From a virus (taxonomy: Duplodnaviria > Caudoviricetes): DNA of 45,339 bases. Below the pieces are notes generated by a model that was given only the letters and a program-made list of their open reading frames with translations, made no database searches and was not told where the DNA came from. The stretch lies in IMG/VR virus record IMGVR_UViG_3300032212_000029, positions 1-45,339 of that record. One strand, 5' to 3'. The position numbers and the translations under genes are program-made. This document shows, piece by piece, positions 9,316 through 17,939 of this stretch; within the stretch, counting starts at the first letter, position 1, and every line of letters begins with the position of its first letter.

Positions 9316-9623
9316 AGCCGGAGCCCGACCTGTCCATCCCCGGCCTTGAGCGCCCGCCCTACCCCGTGGGGCACCCGCAATACCTTGTTCCGATCTTTCA
9401 CTGGATCATCCCAGGAGAGACCGGGGAGGAGCTGGGGGAGAGGCGGCGCGTGTTCACCCTCGCTGCGAAGCGCCTCGCGCTGAAGGACACCGGGCGCGAG
9501 TTGTCGGACAGTGAGTTCTGGTTCGGGGTGCTATCAGAACTGCACCTCGCTCAACTCGACCTGGACCTCTTCGAGTGGTGCGTGGAATGGCTGTGGGAGA
9601 GCCCACCCGTTTCGCCCGAGTGA
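9312..9623 (+). CDS. Hypothetical protein
   Basis: GTGA coupling with GGAGG SD. Confidence 0.6.
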   Translation: MKPEPDLSIPGLERPPYPVGHPQYLVPIFHWIIPGETGEELGERRRVFTLAAKRLALKDTGRELSDSEFWFGVLSELHLAQLDLDLFEWCVEWLWESPPVSPE

Positions 9624-9625
9624 AC

Positions 9626-9674
9626 GCGGCCCCCGGAGACGTGGCTTGCACCGCGCTCGGGGGGCCGCTACTCT
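9626..9674 (+). promoter_or_regulatory. Candidate promoter of the replication module, overlapped by an inverted repeat
   Basis: TTGCAC(9646)-N17-TACTCT(9669); imperfect inverted repeat 9626-9635/9658-9668. Confidence 0.5.
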
Positions 9675-9746
9675 TTGAACGTGAGACGAGCCGAGTCGGT
9701 CGGCGCGCCTCCCACCTTTACCCCTAGCAACTTAGGAGGTCAGGCG

Positions 9747-10109
9747 ATGCCTGATGATAAGCAAAGCGGCGACTTGTCGCCACTACGATTCGCGCCCCTC
9801 ACCATCGGTGGCGACTGGAGCCAGTTCGATCCCCTGCTTCTCGTTCACCTCGCCGACCGTTACGGCGACTTCTTGAAGGGAACGCGGCCACAGGCCGACC
9901 CGAACGGACTCCTGTACGGCATGACGCGCGACCTCGTTGCTGAGCGCGAGTGTGGCGAAACAGTCATGTCCGCGATCCTCTTCCGCCCGTCCTCCATCGA
10001 CCACGCCGTCAACCCTCCAGCTTACTGGGAGGACGACCCGCTCATCATGGTGCCCCTCTCACACATTGTGGCCGTCGCCTGCGGCGTCGAGGACAGCGAC
10101 GATGAGTAG
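9747..10109 (+). CDS. Hypothetical protein
   Basis: Strong AGGAGGT SD before ATG 9747. Confidence 0.7.
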   Translation: MPDDKQSGDLSPLRFAPLTIGGDWSQFDPLLLVHLADRYGDFLKGTRPQADPNGLLYGMTRDLVAERECGETVMSAILFRPSSIDHAVNPPAYWEDDPLIMVPLSHIVAVACGVEDSDDE

Positions 10110-11133
10110 CGCCACCTGGGACGCCAACCGATACCCCTACTACAAGCGCTGGGCCAAGGACTTCCTCTCGTCCGGGCGCGTTCTCGCCATGAACCACCTG
10201 CAAAGGTCGATCTACTCGATCTTGCTGGACCGCTCCTGGGTCGAAGACGGCCTTCCGACGGACATGGACGAACTCGCCATACTGGCTCTATGCACACCGG
10301 ACGAGATCCGCGAAGCGTGGACTCAGCCGCTCTCCGGCGCTTTCGTCGAAACTGACGGGCGGCTACGCAACCCGAAGCAGGAGGAGGTCCGCGCCGCCAT
10401 GATCCGCACCAGCGAGGGCAAGGCAAAGGGCGGGAGGAGGGGGAAACCGGGCGCGACTTCCGGTAAGCGAAAGAGTCTTTCGGAATCCTCAGCTAAGCGT
10501 AAAGACTCTTTGCATTCAGAGTCAGAGTCAGAGTCAGAGTCAGACTCTCCTGCGGAGAGATGTGGCGCTAACGCGCCCGCTCCCCCCCGCGCCAAGAAAC
10601 GCATCAATGGCAAGGCGGAACTTGCGGCAGCCCTGGACGCCACCCCTCCCGAGATCCGGTCCTGGATCGAGCCCCACTTCGAGCGATACAGGCAAGCGCG
10701 CGTGGACATGAAGGCCCCGCCGTGGAAGTCCGGGCGGTGGCGCGAGATGGTCGGCCTGCTGGCCCCCAGAGGCGAGGGCTTCGTCAGGCAGCGTGTGCGC
10801 GACGCTGAGGCGTCTTCGTGGAAAAGGCTCTGGTTTCCCGACGACGAGCAGAAGTCCTCTCAGGCGCGCCCTCAGGGCGCTCAAGCGGGACGCTGGTACA
10901 AAGGCCCCCCGCTCAAGGACGTTGAGGCCCGTCAGAGGCGCATGAAGATCCACGACCGCTACCGCGAGCGGGCCGGGAACTTCATGCTGTCCGAGGAGGA
11001 GACGCTGGAGATGGCGCGGGCCGACGGGGACCGGGAGATGCACGAGTACGACTGGATGACGGGGATGCGCGACGACCCGCCGCCGAGGAATGGCGCGGTG
11101 ATCGATGTCACGCCGGGAGGTGGGCGACGGTGA
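10102..11133 (+). CDS. Replication initiator with N-terminal DUF1376 (YdaU-like) domain
   Basis: YPYYKRWAKDFLS..RV.AM...QRSIY..LL...W...GLP.D and GRLRNPK motifs, then GKAKGG and an SESESE linker. Confidence 0.8.
   Translation: MSSATWDANRYPYYKRWAKDFLSSGRVLAMNHLQRSIYSILLDRSWVEDGLPTDMDELAILALCTPDEIREAWTQPLSGAFVETDGRLRNPKQEEVRAAMIRTSEGKAKGGRRGKPGATSGKRKSLSESSAKRKDSLHSESESESESDSPAERCGANAPAPPRAKKRINGKAELAAALDATPPEIRSWIEPHFERYRQARVDMKAPPWKSGRWREMVGLLAPRGEGFVRQRVRDAEASSWKRLWFPDDEQKSSQARPQGAQAGRWYKGPPLKDVEARQRRMKIHDRYRERAGNFMLSEEETLEMARADGDREMHEYDWMTGMRDDPPPRNGAVIDVTPGGGRR
10464..10545. repeat. Candidate origin repeats inside the initiator gene
   Basis: TAAGCG precedes both AAAGAGTCTTT (10470) and AAAGACTCTTT (10501), which are reverse complements; then (TCAGAG)x4 TCAGAC at 10516-10545. 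Confidence 0.55.
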
Positions 11134-11948
11134 GCGTGCAGGACAGGACGGGTCGGGTGGTTGTCTGGTTCTCCTGCGGCGCAGCCAGCGCGTGCGCGGC
11201 CAAGCTCGCGGTCGAGAAGTACCGGGGGCGACGGCCCGTACACGTCGTCTACTGCGACACCCTGGCCTACGAGCACGAGGACAATCGGCGCTTCATGGCC
11301 GACGTGGAGGAGTGGATCGGGCAGCGCATCGAGATCGTCAAGTCAGAGAAGTACGAGGACATCTTCGACGTGTTCCGCAAGCGCCGCTACATCGTTGGGG
11401 TGCGCGGCGCGCCCTGTACGACCGAACTCAAGAAGAAGGTCCGCGAGGCGTACCAAAGGCCGGACGACACGCAGATTCTCGGCATGACCGCCGACGAGTC
11501 ACACCGGATCGAGAGGTTCGAGGACGGCAACAACGGGCTCGACCTGGACTGGATCTTGGAGGACGCGGGGATCGACAAGGCTGACTGCTACCAGATGCTC
11601 ACGGACGCAGGCATCGAACTGCCGATGATGTACCGTCTCGGATACCAGAACAACAACTGCATCGGCTGTGTGAAGGGACAGTCGGGGTACTGGAACAAGA
11701 TCCGGCGCGACTTCCCCGAGGCGTTCGAGCGCATGGCGAAGTTGGAGCGCGAGATCGGGGCCGCGATCAACAAGCGGTACGAAGACGGGGAGCGCATCCG
11801 GGTTTTCCTGGACGAGTTGGACCCCGAAGCCGGACTCGCCGTGCCGCTGCCCGACATCGAGTGTGGGGCCTTTTGCGTTCCGCCACCTGGGCACGACCCA
11901 GGGTTCGCGGGAGAGGCCCCCCTGTTCCACGGAGAGCACCTCAAATGA
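11130..11948 (+). CDS. PAPS-reductase-like (PP-loop/HUP fold) protein
   Basis: VVWFSCGAASA PP-loop, GAPCTTELKK, LGYQNNNCIGCVKG and ECGAFC. Confidence 0.82.
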   Translation: MSVQDRTGRVVVWFSCGAASACAAKLAVEKYRGRRPVHVVYCDTLAYEHEDNRRFMADVEEWIGQRIEIVKSEKYEDIFDVFRKRRYIVGVRGAPCTTELKKKVREAYQRPDDTQILGMTADESHRIERFEDGNNGLDLDWILEDAGIDKADCYQMLTDAGIELPMMYRLGYQNNNCIGCVKGQSGYWNKIRRDFPEAFERMAKLEREIGAAINKRYEDGERIRVFLDELDPEAGLAVPLPDIECGAFCVPPPGHDPGFAGEAPLFHGEHLK

Positions 11949-12556
11949 CACAGGACAAGCCCGCGCTCGCGGCGCTCGTGGTGCAGGTGCTCACGCGGCG
12001 CTACCCGAAACAACCGATGGGGGAAGGCGAGCGCGAGGACTGGCTGCGCGCCGCGATGGAGGGCGACCCGTTGGTCTACCTCGAAGCCGCGTGGGAGTGG
12101 TACGCGGAGCACGCCGAGGGGAAGTTCCGGCCCTACCCCGGCCAGCTTCGGCGCGAGGTCTCGGACAAGTGGGCGCCCGATCAGAGGCCGTACCTAAGCC
12201 TCGCGGCAGCCGTGCGAGCGTCCGGGGAGGAGCCGCAGGCCGAGGGGTTGGCGATCCTGATTGGGCGCATGGGGAGCTGGTCCTGGGATGGGGCGGTCGA
12301 GGGGCCAATCACCCCGAGCCTGGAGCGGGAGTGGCTGCGCGCCAACCACGAGCACCGGGTCTGGGCCTTCGCCCGCGACCGGATGATGCGGCGCGGCACC
12401 CCACCGTGGAACCCGACCGAGTCGAAGGGTATCGCCATCCCGTCGGGGGCGCACTTCCACGAGGCCCTGTGCCAGCCTGCGCGACGGGGCGACGTTCCGC
12501 GACTCGGGATCGGGGAGGCGCTCGCGGGCGCGAAGCGGCTCGGAGGGGGGGAGTGA
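11945..12556 (+). CDS. Putative helicase loader/inhibitor-like replication accessory protein
   Basis: Downstream of the initiator; YP...W...EAAWEW...GKFRPYPGQLR resembles G39P-type loaders. Confidence 0.4.
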   Translation: MTQDKPALAALVVQVLTRRYPKQPMGEGEREDWLRAAMEGDPLVYLEAAWEWYAEHAEGKFRPYPGQLRREVSDKWAPDQRPYLSLAAAVRASGEEPQAEGLAILIGRMGSWSWDGAVEGPITPSLEREWLRANHEHRVWAFARDRMMRRGTPPWNPTESKGIAIPSGAHFHEALCQPARRGDVPRLGIGEALAGAKRLGGGE

Positions 12557-12777
12557 TGTCGGACTGGCACATACTGGGCATCGAGGGGGTCGCAGTGGTG
12601 GGGTACGAGGAGGGCGTGGACGAAGTCCGCTTGCAACTCAATGGTCCGTGCCGCGACCTGACAAGAGATCAGGCGCGTGAACTTGCAGACCTCCTGACCT
12701 ACGCCACTGAGGCATCGGAACCCGGCTACTGGGAAGACAACCCAATCGACACGGATCCCGGAGGCACCCGTGCATAA
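12556..12777 (+). CDS. Hypothetical protein
   Basis: TGATG coupling; LTRDQARELADLL helix. Confidence 0.6.
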   Translation: MSDWHILGIEGVAVVGYEEGVDEVRLQLNGPCRDLTRDQARELADLLTYATEASEPGYWEDNPIDTDPGGTRA

Positions 12778-13252
12778 GATCCGAGAGATCCGCGAGACCA
12801 AGATCCTGACGCGGCTCAAGCGCATCAAGCTCGTGCTGCTCAAGGCCGCGCAGGGACAGCGCATCACGCAGAGGGAAGCGCGGGCCGCGCTCAAGGACTT
12901 CGTGGACGTGGAGAACCTGCGGAACACTCCGCCGCCCGCGAGGACGCTCACCACGCTCAAGGCGATCATCGAGGCTGAGGAGCGCGTGATGTCCCGGCTT
13001 CGGCGGGGCGCAACCCTCACCGAGATCCAACACATCTGCGGCCACGTCCGCTCCACGATCAACAGGCACCGCGACTCGCTTGCTGCGCACGGCTGCCTCA
13101 CCCGCCTTTACCCCGGAGTCGAGACCTGGGGGAACTGGGTGAGCACCGAGTACGGGAGAGACAACGTCGATAAGTGGATTGAGGTCAGGGACTTAGCGAA
13201 AAAGGATCGAGAAGAGCGGAGAGCGCTTGAAGCGGGCCGCTGGGGCAACTAA
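12770..13252 (+). CDS. Hypothetical basic protein, possibly DNA binding
   Basis: GGAGG SD; GATLTEIQHICG..RSTINRH HTH-like segment. Confidence 0.55.
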   Translation: MHKIREIRETKILTRLKRIKLVLLKAAQGQRITQREARAALKDFVDVENLRNTPPPARTLTTLKAIIEAEERVMSRLRRGATLTEIQHICGHVRSTINRHRDSLAAHGCLTRLYPGVETWGNWVSTEYGRDNVDKWIEVRDLAKKDREERRALEAGRWGN

Positions 13253-13313
13253 AGTTGCGTACAGCGTTGGGCCGATGGGGTCCGGCGCACAACGTCTAGC
13301 CAAGGAGTAGAAC

Positions 13314-13562
13314 GTGCAGGACAAGAAGAAGCGCCGGAAGCGCAAGACGACGCGGCAGGTGGTGTTCGAGAAGTTCGTGGCTCGGGGCTCTCGGGGCCTA
13401 ACCGATCAGGAGTTGGACGACATCACGCCGAAGTGGATGTCATCGAACAGCACGCGGCCTCGGCGCATCGACTTGGTGCGCGACGGGCTGGTAAAGCCTA
13501 CGAAGCAGAAGCGTGAGACGCGCTCCGGCAGGCTGGCCACGGTCTGGGTGGTGAAGCGATGA
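13314..13562 (+). CDS. Small winged-helix DNA-binding protein
   Basis: GLTDQEL...RPRRIDLVRDGLV...RETRSGRLATVW. Confidence 0.75.
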   Translation: MQDKKKRRKRKTTRQVVFEKFVARGSRGLTDQELDDITPKWMSSNSTRPRRIDLVRDGLVKPTKQKRETRSGRLATVWVVKR

Positions 13563-13918
13563 TCTCCGTCAACATCAGAGGGCTCGTCGCCGCCCTGAAG
13601 TCGATGCCGAACGAGCCGCTTCAGGAGGAGTTGGGCATCGGCAGCTATCGCGGCGACTACTGCGATCTCGCAGTTGGCCTTGGGTACAGCGGTTGGGAGG
13701 AGGAGGGTTGCCGAGGCGTCGCGAAGACCACTCACGGGCTTGCCGCGCTTCTCTCAGGGGCCGTGGGCTCAACATTCACCGGGTACAAGGGCGGAGAATA
13801 CCGCATGTCGGAGTGGACGGAGGTCCGTATTGCCGACTATGGAACAACCCTCTCGTCCGCCGCGCCGTGGCTCACTCAAGTCTTGGTCCGCGCCCTCTAC
13901 GGCGAGGTGTCCCAATGA
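13559..13918 (+). CDS. Conserved phage hypothetical protein
   Basis: SYRGDYCDLA and GSTFTGYKGGEYRM motifs. Confidence 0.75.
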   Translation: MISVNIRGLVAALKSMPNEPLQEELGIGSYRGDYCDLAVGLGYSGWEEEGCRGVAKTTHGLAALLSGAVGSTFTGYKGGEYRMSEWTEVRIADYGTTLSSAAPWLTQVLVRALYGEVSQ

Positions 13919-14382
13919 GCGCCCCCTGGAGAGAGGCGGCGGAGCGGGTGCGGCTATTCGCCCAGGTTCACGACGATGCGTACGGGGACGGGGCAATTGT
14001 GTACCGAATGGGCACGCTCGATCTGCTCTGCTCCGACCTGCACGCCCTCCTCGCTGCGCTCCCCGAGGAGCCGGAGCTTGACTCCGACCGACTCGCCGAC
14101 ATCGAGCGGAGGCTGGAGGCCCTGGAGGCGGAGCGTGTCGAGGATGCGCCCCCCGCCGAGCGCCCCCACAACTGGGAGACCGTGAGGGAGGCGAGGCGTA
14201 GAGCGGGGAGGCCCACACTGGATGACCCACAGAGAAGTCCCACATGGGCGTATTGCGACGGCCCGGACTGCGGGGCCAGCGCTTCCCGGTTGCGCGACGG
14301 GTACGACTGTACCTTTGAAGGCTGCACCGGCACCTTCCGCATCCCCACGCCTGACGCTGACGGCGGGGAGGTGGGATCGTGA
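13915..14382 (+). CDS. Hypothetical protein with C-terminal Cys motifs
   Basis: GAGGT SD; CDGPDC and CTFEGC. Confidence 0.6.
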   Translation: MSAPWREAAERVRLFAQVHDDAYGDGAIVYRMGTLDLLCSDLHALLAALPEEPELDSDRLADIERRLEALEAERVEDAPPAERPHNWETVREARRRAGRPTLDDPQRSPTWAYCDGPDCGASASRLRDGYDCTFEGCTGTFRIPTPDADGGEVGS

Positions 14383-14846
14383 GCTACGCATCAAGCACGA
14401 GCGTCTCGGTGGCGAAGACACGGGGAGAGCTGGAGAGTCTACTTAGGAATGCGGGTGCTTCTCAGTTCGTGTCCGGCTGGGATTCTGAGCGCGCCGCGAT
14501 TGGATTCGTCCTCGCGGACCGCCACATCAGGTTCGAGCTACCGCTGCCGGACCCGGATGCTAGTCGGTTCTGGAAGACGCCATCGCGGGGCCAGAGGCGT
14601 ACGCGCGAGCAGGCCATGAAGTCATGGGAGCAGGAGTGCCGCTCTTGTTGGCGCACACTGTTCCTGACGGTCAAGGCGAAGCTGGCAGCGATCGACCGGG
14701 GGATCAGCACGTTCGAGGCTGAGTTCCTGGCGTGGACGGTGATTCCGGGGACGACGCGGACGGTCCTCGAGGAGATCGGTGAGCCGCTGCGGGAGTCGTT
14801 GCGCTCGGGCGAGGCTCCGCGCTTGCTCCTCGGGGGTGGCTCGTGA
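14379..14846 (+). CDS. Conserved phage hypothetical protein
   Basis: YASSTSVSV.KTRGE...IRFELPLP...WR.L...KAKL.A...GI.TFE.EFL pattern. Confidence 0.78.
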   Translation: MSYASSTSVSVAKTRGELESLLRNAGASQFVSGWDSERAAIGFVLADRHIRFELPLPDPDASRFWKTPSRGQRRTREQAMKSWEQECRSCWRTLFLTVKAKLAAIDRGISTFEAEFLAWTVIPGTTRTVLEEIGEPLRESLRSGEAPRLLLGGGS

Positions 14847-15301
14847 GCGAGCTATTCGCGTATCAGCGCATCATCCAGCGTGAAGCGGTGAGCCCGGAGG
14901 CTTTGGCCAACGTCGTATTCGAGGCCCTTGGGGCCCTTGAGAAGAAAGCCCCACGGCTGGACGGCCTGGAGGTCTTCCTTGGGAGCGACCCTGAGTCTGA
15001 ATATGCGCTCCGCTTGAGGGCCGAGGTCGGTGGTCGAAGGTCCACGCCGGACAGGTTCGTGCTCCGCGATCAGGTGGAGCGCCTAGAGGCCAAGAACCGC
15101 CGCCTTGAGCGCTATCTCGCCCGCAAAGCCGCCGCCCTCGACGCGCTGCTAGAGGCGGCGGATCTGGTGACGCATTGGCACGACACGATGTTCAATGGGG
15201 ACGCCGGGAAGTGCGAAGGCATGGTCGTATCGGCTGAGTCCGTGCGCGGGCTTTGGTCCGCCATCGAGTCCGCCAAGAAGGCGGCGGAGGGTGGGGCATG
15301 A
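14843..15301 (+). CDS. Hypothetical protein
   Basis: Coupled ORF. Confidence 0.6.
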   Translation: MSELFAYQRIIQREAVSPEALANVVFEALGALEKKAPRLDGLEVFLGSDPESEYALRLRAEVGGRRSTPDRFVLRDQVERLEAKNRRLERYLARKAAALDALLEAADLVTHWHDTMFNGDAGKCEGMVVSAESVRGLWSAIESAKKAAEGGA

Positions 15302-15516
15302 CCATGCAGAAGGCGCGGGCTAAGCTCCCCCAGCAAGCCCTCATCGCGCTCCTGTGGGATGGATACGCGCCACGGCTATCGTCGTTTTCCTACGCTGCTG
15401 CCGACCCTCAGAACTACGTGGTTGAGGCGGTGCAGATGGACAAGGGTGGCGACGTTCTTGTGGACATCAGGCTGCGGGATGCCGAGGTCAAGCCCCAGGA
15501 GCCCCGCGATGAGTGA
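15298..15516 (+). CDS. Hypothetical protein
   Basis: ATGA coupling. Confidence 0.55.
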   Translation: MTMQKARAKLPQQALIALLWDGYAPRLSSFSYAAADPQNYVVEAVQMDKGGDVLVDIRLRDAEVKPQEPRDE

Positions 15517-15841
15517 GCGCAAGCCGAGCGAGCGCCCGAGCCGCTTCTGGAAGCCCATCAAGGGGGGGGCGCTTTGCTTGTCCGGGCCATACGCGACGTG
15601 CTTCGTTCACCTCGCGGGCGATGAGGCACCGATCGAATTCGATGCCTACGGCCAGCGATTCGAGATTGATCAGGACGAGATTGGCGGCAGGCCGCTCGCT
15701 TACGTTCCGAGCATTCGCGTTGAGGGCCGAGAGGTATGGTCTGGAAGGCTGTACAGCGACGAGCGGGAAGCGCAGCTCGCCGCCGAGAGCCGCGCTAAAC
15801 AACAACTACGAGAGGCGCTGGACGCGCTGGAGGAGAAGTGA
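15509..15841 (+). CDS. Hypothetical protein
   Basis: AGGAG SD; overlaps neighbours. Confidence 0.55.
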   Translation: MSERKPSERPSRFWKPIKGGALCLSGPYATCFVHLAGDEAPIEFDAYGQRFEIDQDEIGGRPLAYVPSIRVEGREVWSGRLYSDEREAQLAAESRAKQQLREALDALEEK

Positions 15842-16818
15842 TGGAGAACACCGACAAGAGCGCGGCCCCCGACTACTCGCGGGGAGTGCCGAGAAGTGTG
15901 GTGGAGGAGCGGATCCGGGCGAAGGCTGCCGCCAGCGTCACCATGTGCTGGGGCTCTGAATCCCACGTGTGCTCGCTCTGCGATAACGTGGCAGACGTTG
16001 GGTTCGCCGGGTCGCGCTGCAACGTACGCGACTGCCCCGGCGTGTTCGTCCCCATCGTTGAGGGCGAGGCGAAGTGCAAGACGTGCGGCGGCTCCGGCGA
16101 GGTCGTCGTCGAGTGGAGTGGCACCGTTCACGGCCCGCCTGACGAGAACGGCGACCCCACGCCGACGGGGGCGCGTTACCAGCAGCCCGCGCCGTGCCCC
16201 GAATGCGCACCTGAGCGCCTGCCCCGAGACTTTGAGTTGGAGCGCGTCGAGCCCTCCACGGGAGGGGCGCGGGAGCGCTTGGACATGCTTCTCGACCACC
16301 TCTACGAGGCGGCACCCGACGAGAGGATCGACGAGGAACAACTGCAAGCCCGTAGCCAGCTAGAGGACGACCTGCGTGCCCTCCTCGCCGAGCTGGACGA
16401 AGCGAAGGCGGCGTTGGCTGAGGAGCGTGAGCAGCACGAGTTCCTGATCGACCAGACGACCTGGCGCTGCGACTGTTGTAACGAGCGGCTGACGAAGGGT
16501 CTCGACACCGAGGGCGATTCGTGGGAGCCGCGCTTCACGCTCGGTTGCGGCGGTGACAGCATGATCCTCTGTGAGGGGTGCCACCGCGAGACGGTGAGAC
16601 TGATCGAAAAGCCGTTCCGCGCCGAGCTGGAGCGCGAGCGAGCGCGGAGCGAGCGGCTGCTTTGCGCTGTGGCTGAGGCGACCAAAGACGGCGAGAAAGA
16701 GTGCTGGTGCGACACGTGCGACAGCCACGGGGTCACCCTGGCCTGCGCACATCTTGCCCTGATCGTCGAAGCCGCCGCCCCCTCGGACCCTCACCCCAAC
16801 CCCGGAGACCCCCAATGA
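15841..16818 (+). CDS. Mosaic multi-CxxC protein
   Basis: CSLC, CKTCGGSG, CPEC, CDCC, CEGC and CDTC motifs with coiled-coil spacers. Confidence 0.7.
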   Translation: MENTDKSAAPDYSRGVPRSVVEERIRAKAAASVTMCWGSESHVCSLCDNVADVGFAGSRCNVRDCPGVFVPIVEGEAKCKTCGGSGEVVVEWSGTVHGPPDENGDPTPTGARYQQPAPCPECAPERLPRDFELERVEPSTGGARERLDMLLDHLYEAAPDERIDEEQLQARSQLEDDLRALLAELDEAKAALAEEREQHEFLIDQTTWRCDCCNERLTKGLDTEGDSWEPRFTLGCGGDSMILCEGCHRETVRLIEKPFRAELERERARSERLLCAVAEATKDGEKECWCDTCDSHGVTLACAHLALIVEAAAPSDPHPNPGDPQ

Positions 16819-17213
16819 GTGACGAGAAGCGAGACGGCTGGACCTTTGACCCGAAGCGCTACAAGGGGCACACCGAGGGGCCGTGGGGGGCCGGAGAGCA
16901 TCCGGCATCGACCGGCCAACTCAACATCGTGCGCCCCGTAATGCTGGGCAACCGGGTCGGCAAACTTCCGGAGTGCGAAGGCGGCGCGGCCTACTTCCGC
17001 AACGCCGCTGATGCCCGGCTAGTCGCCGACGCCCCGAGGCTGCTCCGGGAGGTGGAGAGGCTGCAAGCGCAGATTGAAAAAGCCTCTTGCATCATGCTGC
17101 GCGAGGCCAGATTCCTGCACGACGAGTGCGGCGAAGGGACGAGTTTCGAGGCTGGCGAGCGCCTCGAAAAAGCAGCCGCTGCCCTTTCTGGGGAGGAGGC
17201 CGACCGTGGGTAA
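16815..17213 (+). CDS. Hypothetical protein with common phage HT.GPW ... ADARL.A.AP.LL module
   Basis: GHTEGPW and NAADARLVADAPRLL motifs. Confidence 0.7.
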   Translation: MSDEKRDGWTFDPKRYKGHTEGPWGAGEHPASTGQLNIVRPVMLGNRVGKLPECEGGAAYFRNAADARLVADAPRLLREVERLQAQIEKASCIMLREARFLHDECGEGTSFEAGERLEKAAAALSGEEADRG

Positions 17214-17415
17214 TGCTTTGTGGTTCTGCGGTGGGTTCGTGGTCGGAGTGCTTGCCTTCGTCGGGTTTATTCGCTGGGGCGTAAACCAGCGCTTCAACCA
17301 GATCGTCGATCAACGCGAAGAGATGGCGCGGATGATCCACCACATGTGGGAGTGTGGCCGATGTGGCGAGGCCGTTGAGGTGCCGCCCGCAACTCTGGAG
17401 GCCGACGGTGATTGA
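17206..17415 (+). CDS. Small single-TM protein with CxxC
   Basis: ALWFCGGFVVGVLAFVGFI; WECGRCG. Confidence 0.55.
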   Translation: MGNALWFCGGFVVGVLAFVGFIRWGVNQRFNQIVDQREEMARMIHHMWECGRCGEAVEVPPATLEADGD

Positions 17416-17659
17416 CTTCATTCTCCGCCTGCTGACTGCAAGGGCTCTGCGTGCTTGTGTGATGGCGGTGCCCTTTTTGGTGGTTGCGTCGGTCGGGTTC
17501 ACGCTCGAAGTCTTGCTAGGGATCTACCTGTCCATTGTTACGGGCTGGCTCAACCTGTCCGCTCAGCTCGCGTTCTTCCACGGGAGCGACTTCCCGCTGA
17601 TGGAAGCAATCATGCGCGCCGCTCGCGCCATCGAGCGCGGGGAGGTGGAGCTTGGATAG
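17408..17659 (+). CDS. Small membrane protein
   Basis: Hydrophobic ORF with GGAGG SD. Confidence 0.55.
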   Translation: MIDFILRLLTARALRACVMAVPFLVVASVGFTLEVLLGIYLSIVTGWLNLSAQLAFFHGSDFPLMEAIMRAARAIERGEVELG

Positions 17660-17684
17660 AGACACGCGACGACCGCAACCTAGA

Positions 17685-17939
17685 ATGAAACTCCCCGCAC
17701 CAACCGCCGCCCAGGTCCGCGTCCTCGAAATGCTGGACATCCTCACCGACAACTGGGGTACGCCGCCGAGTCTCCGCGAGGTCGCGGGCGAGCTGGAGGT
17801 CGAGCCGTCCACTGTCATGCGCCACCTGCGCGCGCTCCACGCGAGCGGCTGGGTGATCCGCACCGAACACCATTCACGACACTACCGCCTCTCCGAAGAG
17901 GCTAACCTCAAGTCCCTTCTCCGCAGGAGCAGCAAGTGA
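17685..17939 (+). CDS. Stand-alone LexA-type DNA-binding domain (no peptidase domain)
   Basis: PTAAQVRVLEML.....GTPPSLREVAGEL...STVMRHLRAL...GWVIR. Confidence 0.8.
   Translation: MKLPAPTAAQVRVLEMLDILTDNWGTPPSLREVAGELEVEPSTVMRHLRALHASGWVIRTEHHSRHYRLSEEANLKSLLRRSSK

Noticed and set aside
10516-10545. TCAGAG array as a CRISPR or phase-variable repeat
   Set aside because: In-frame hexamer encoding an SE linker; no spacers
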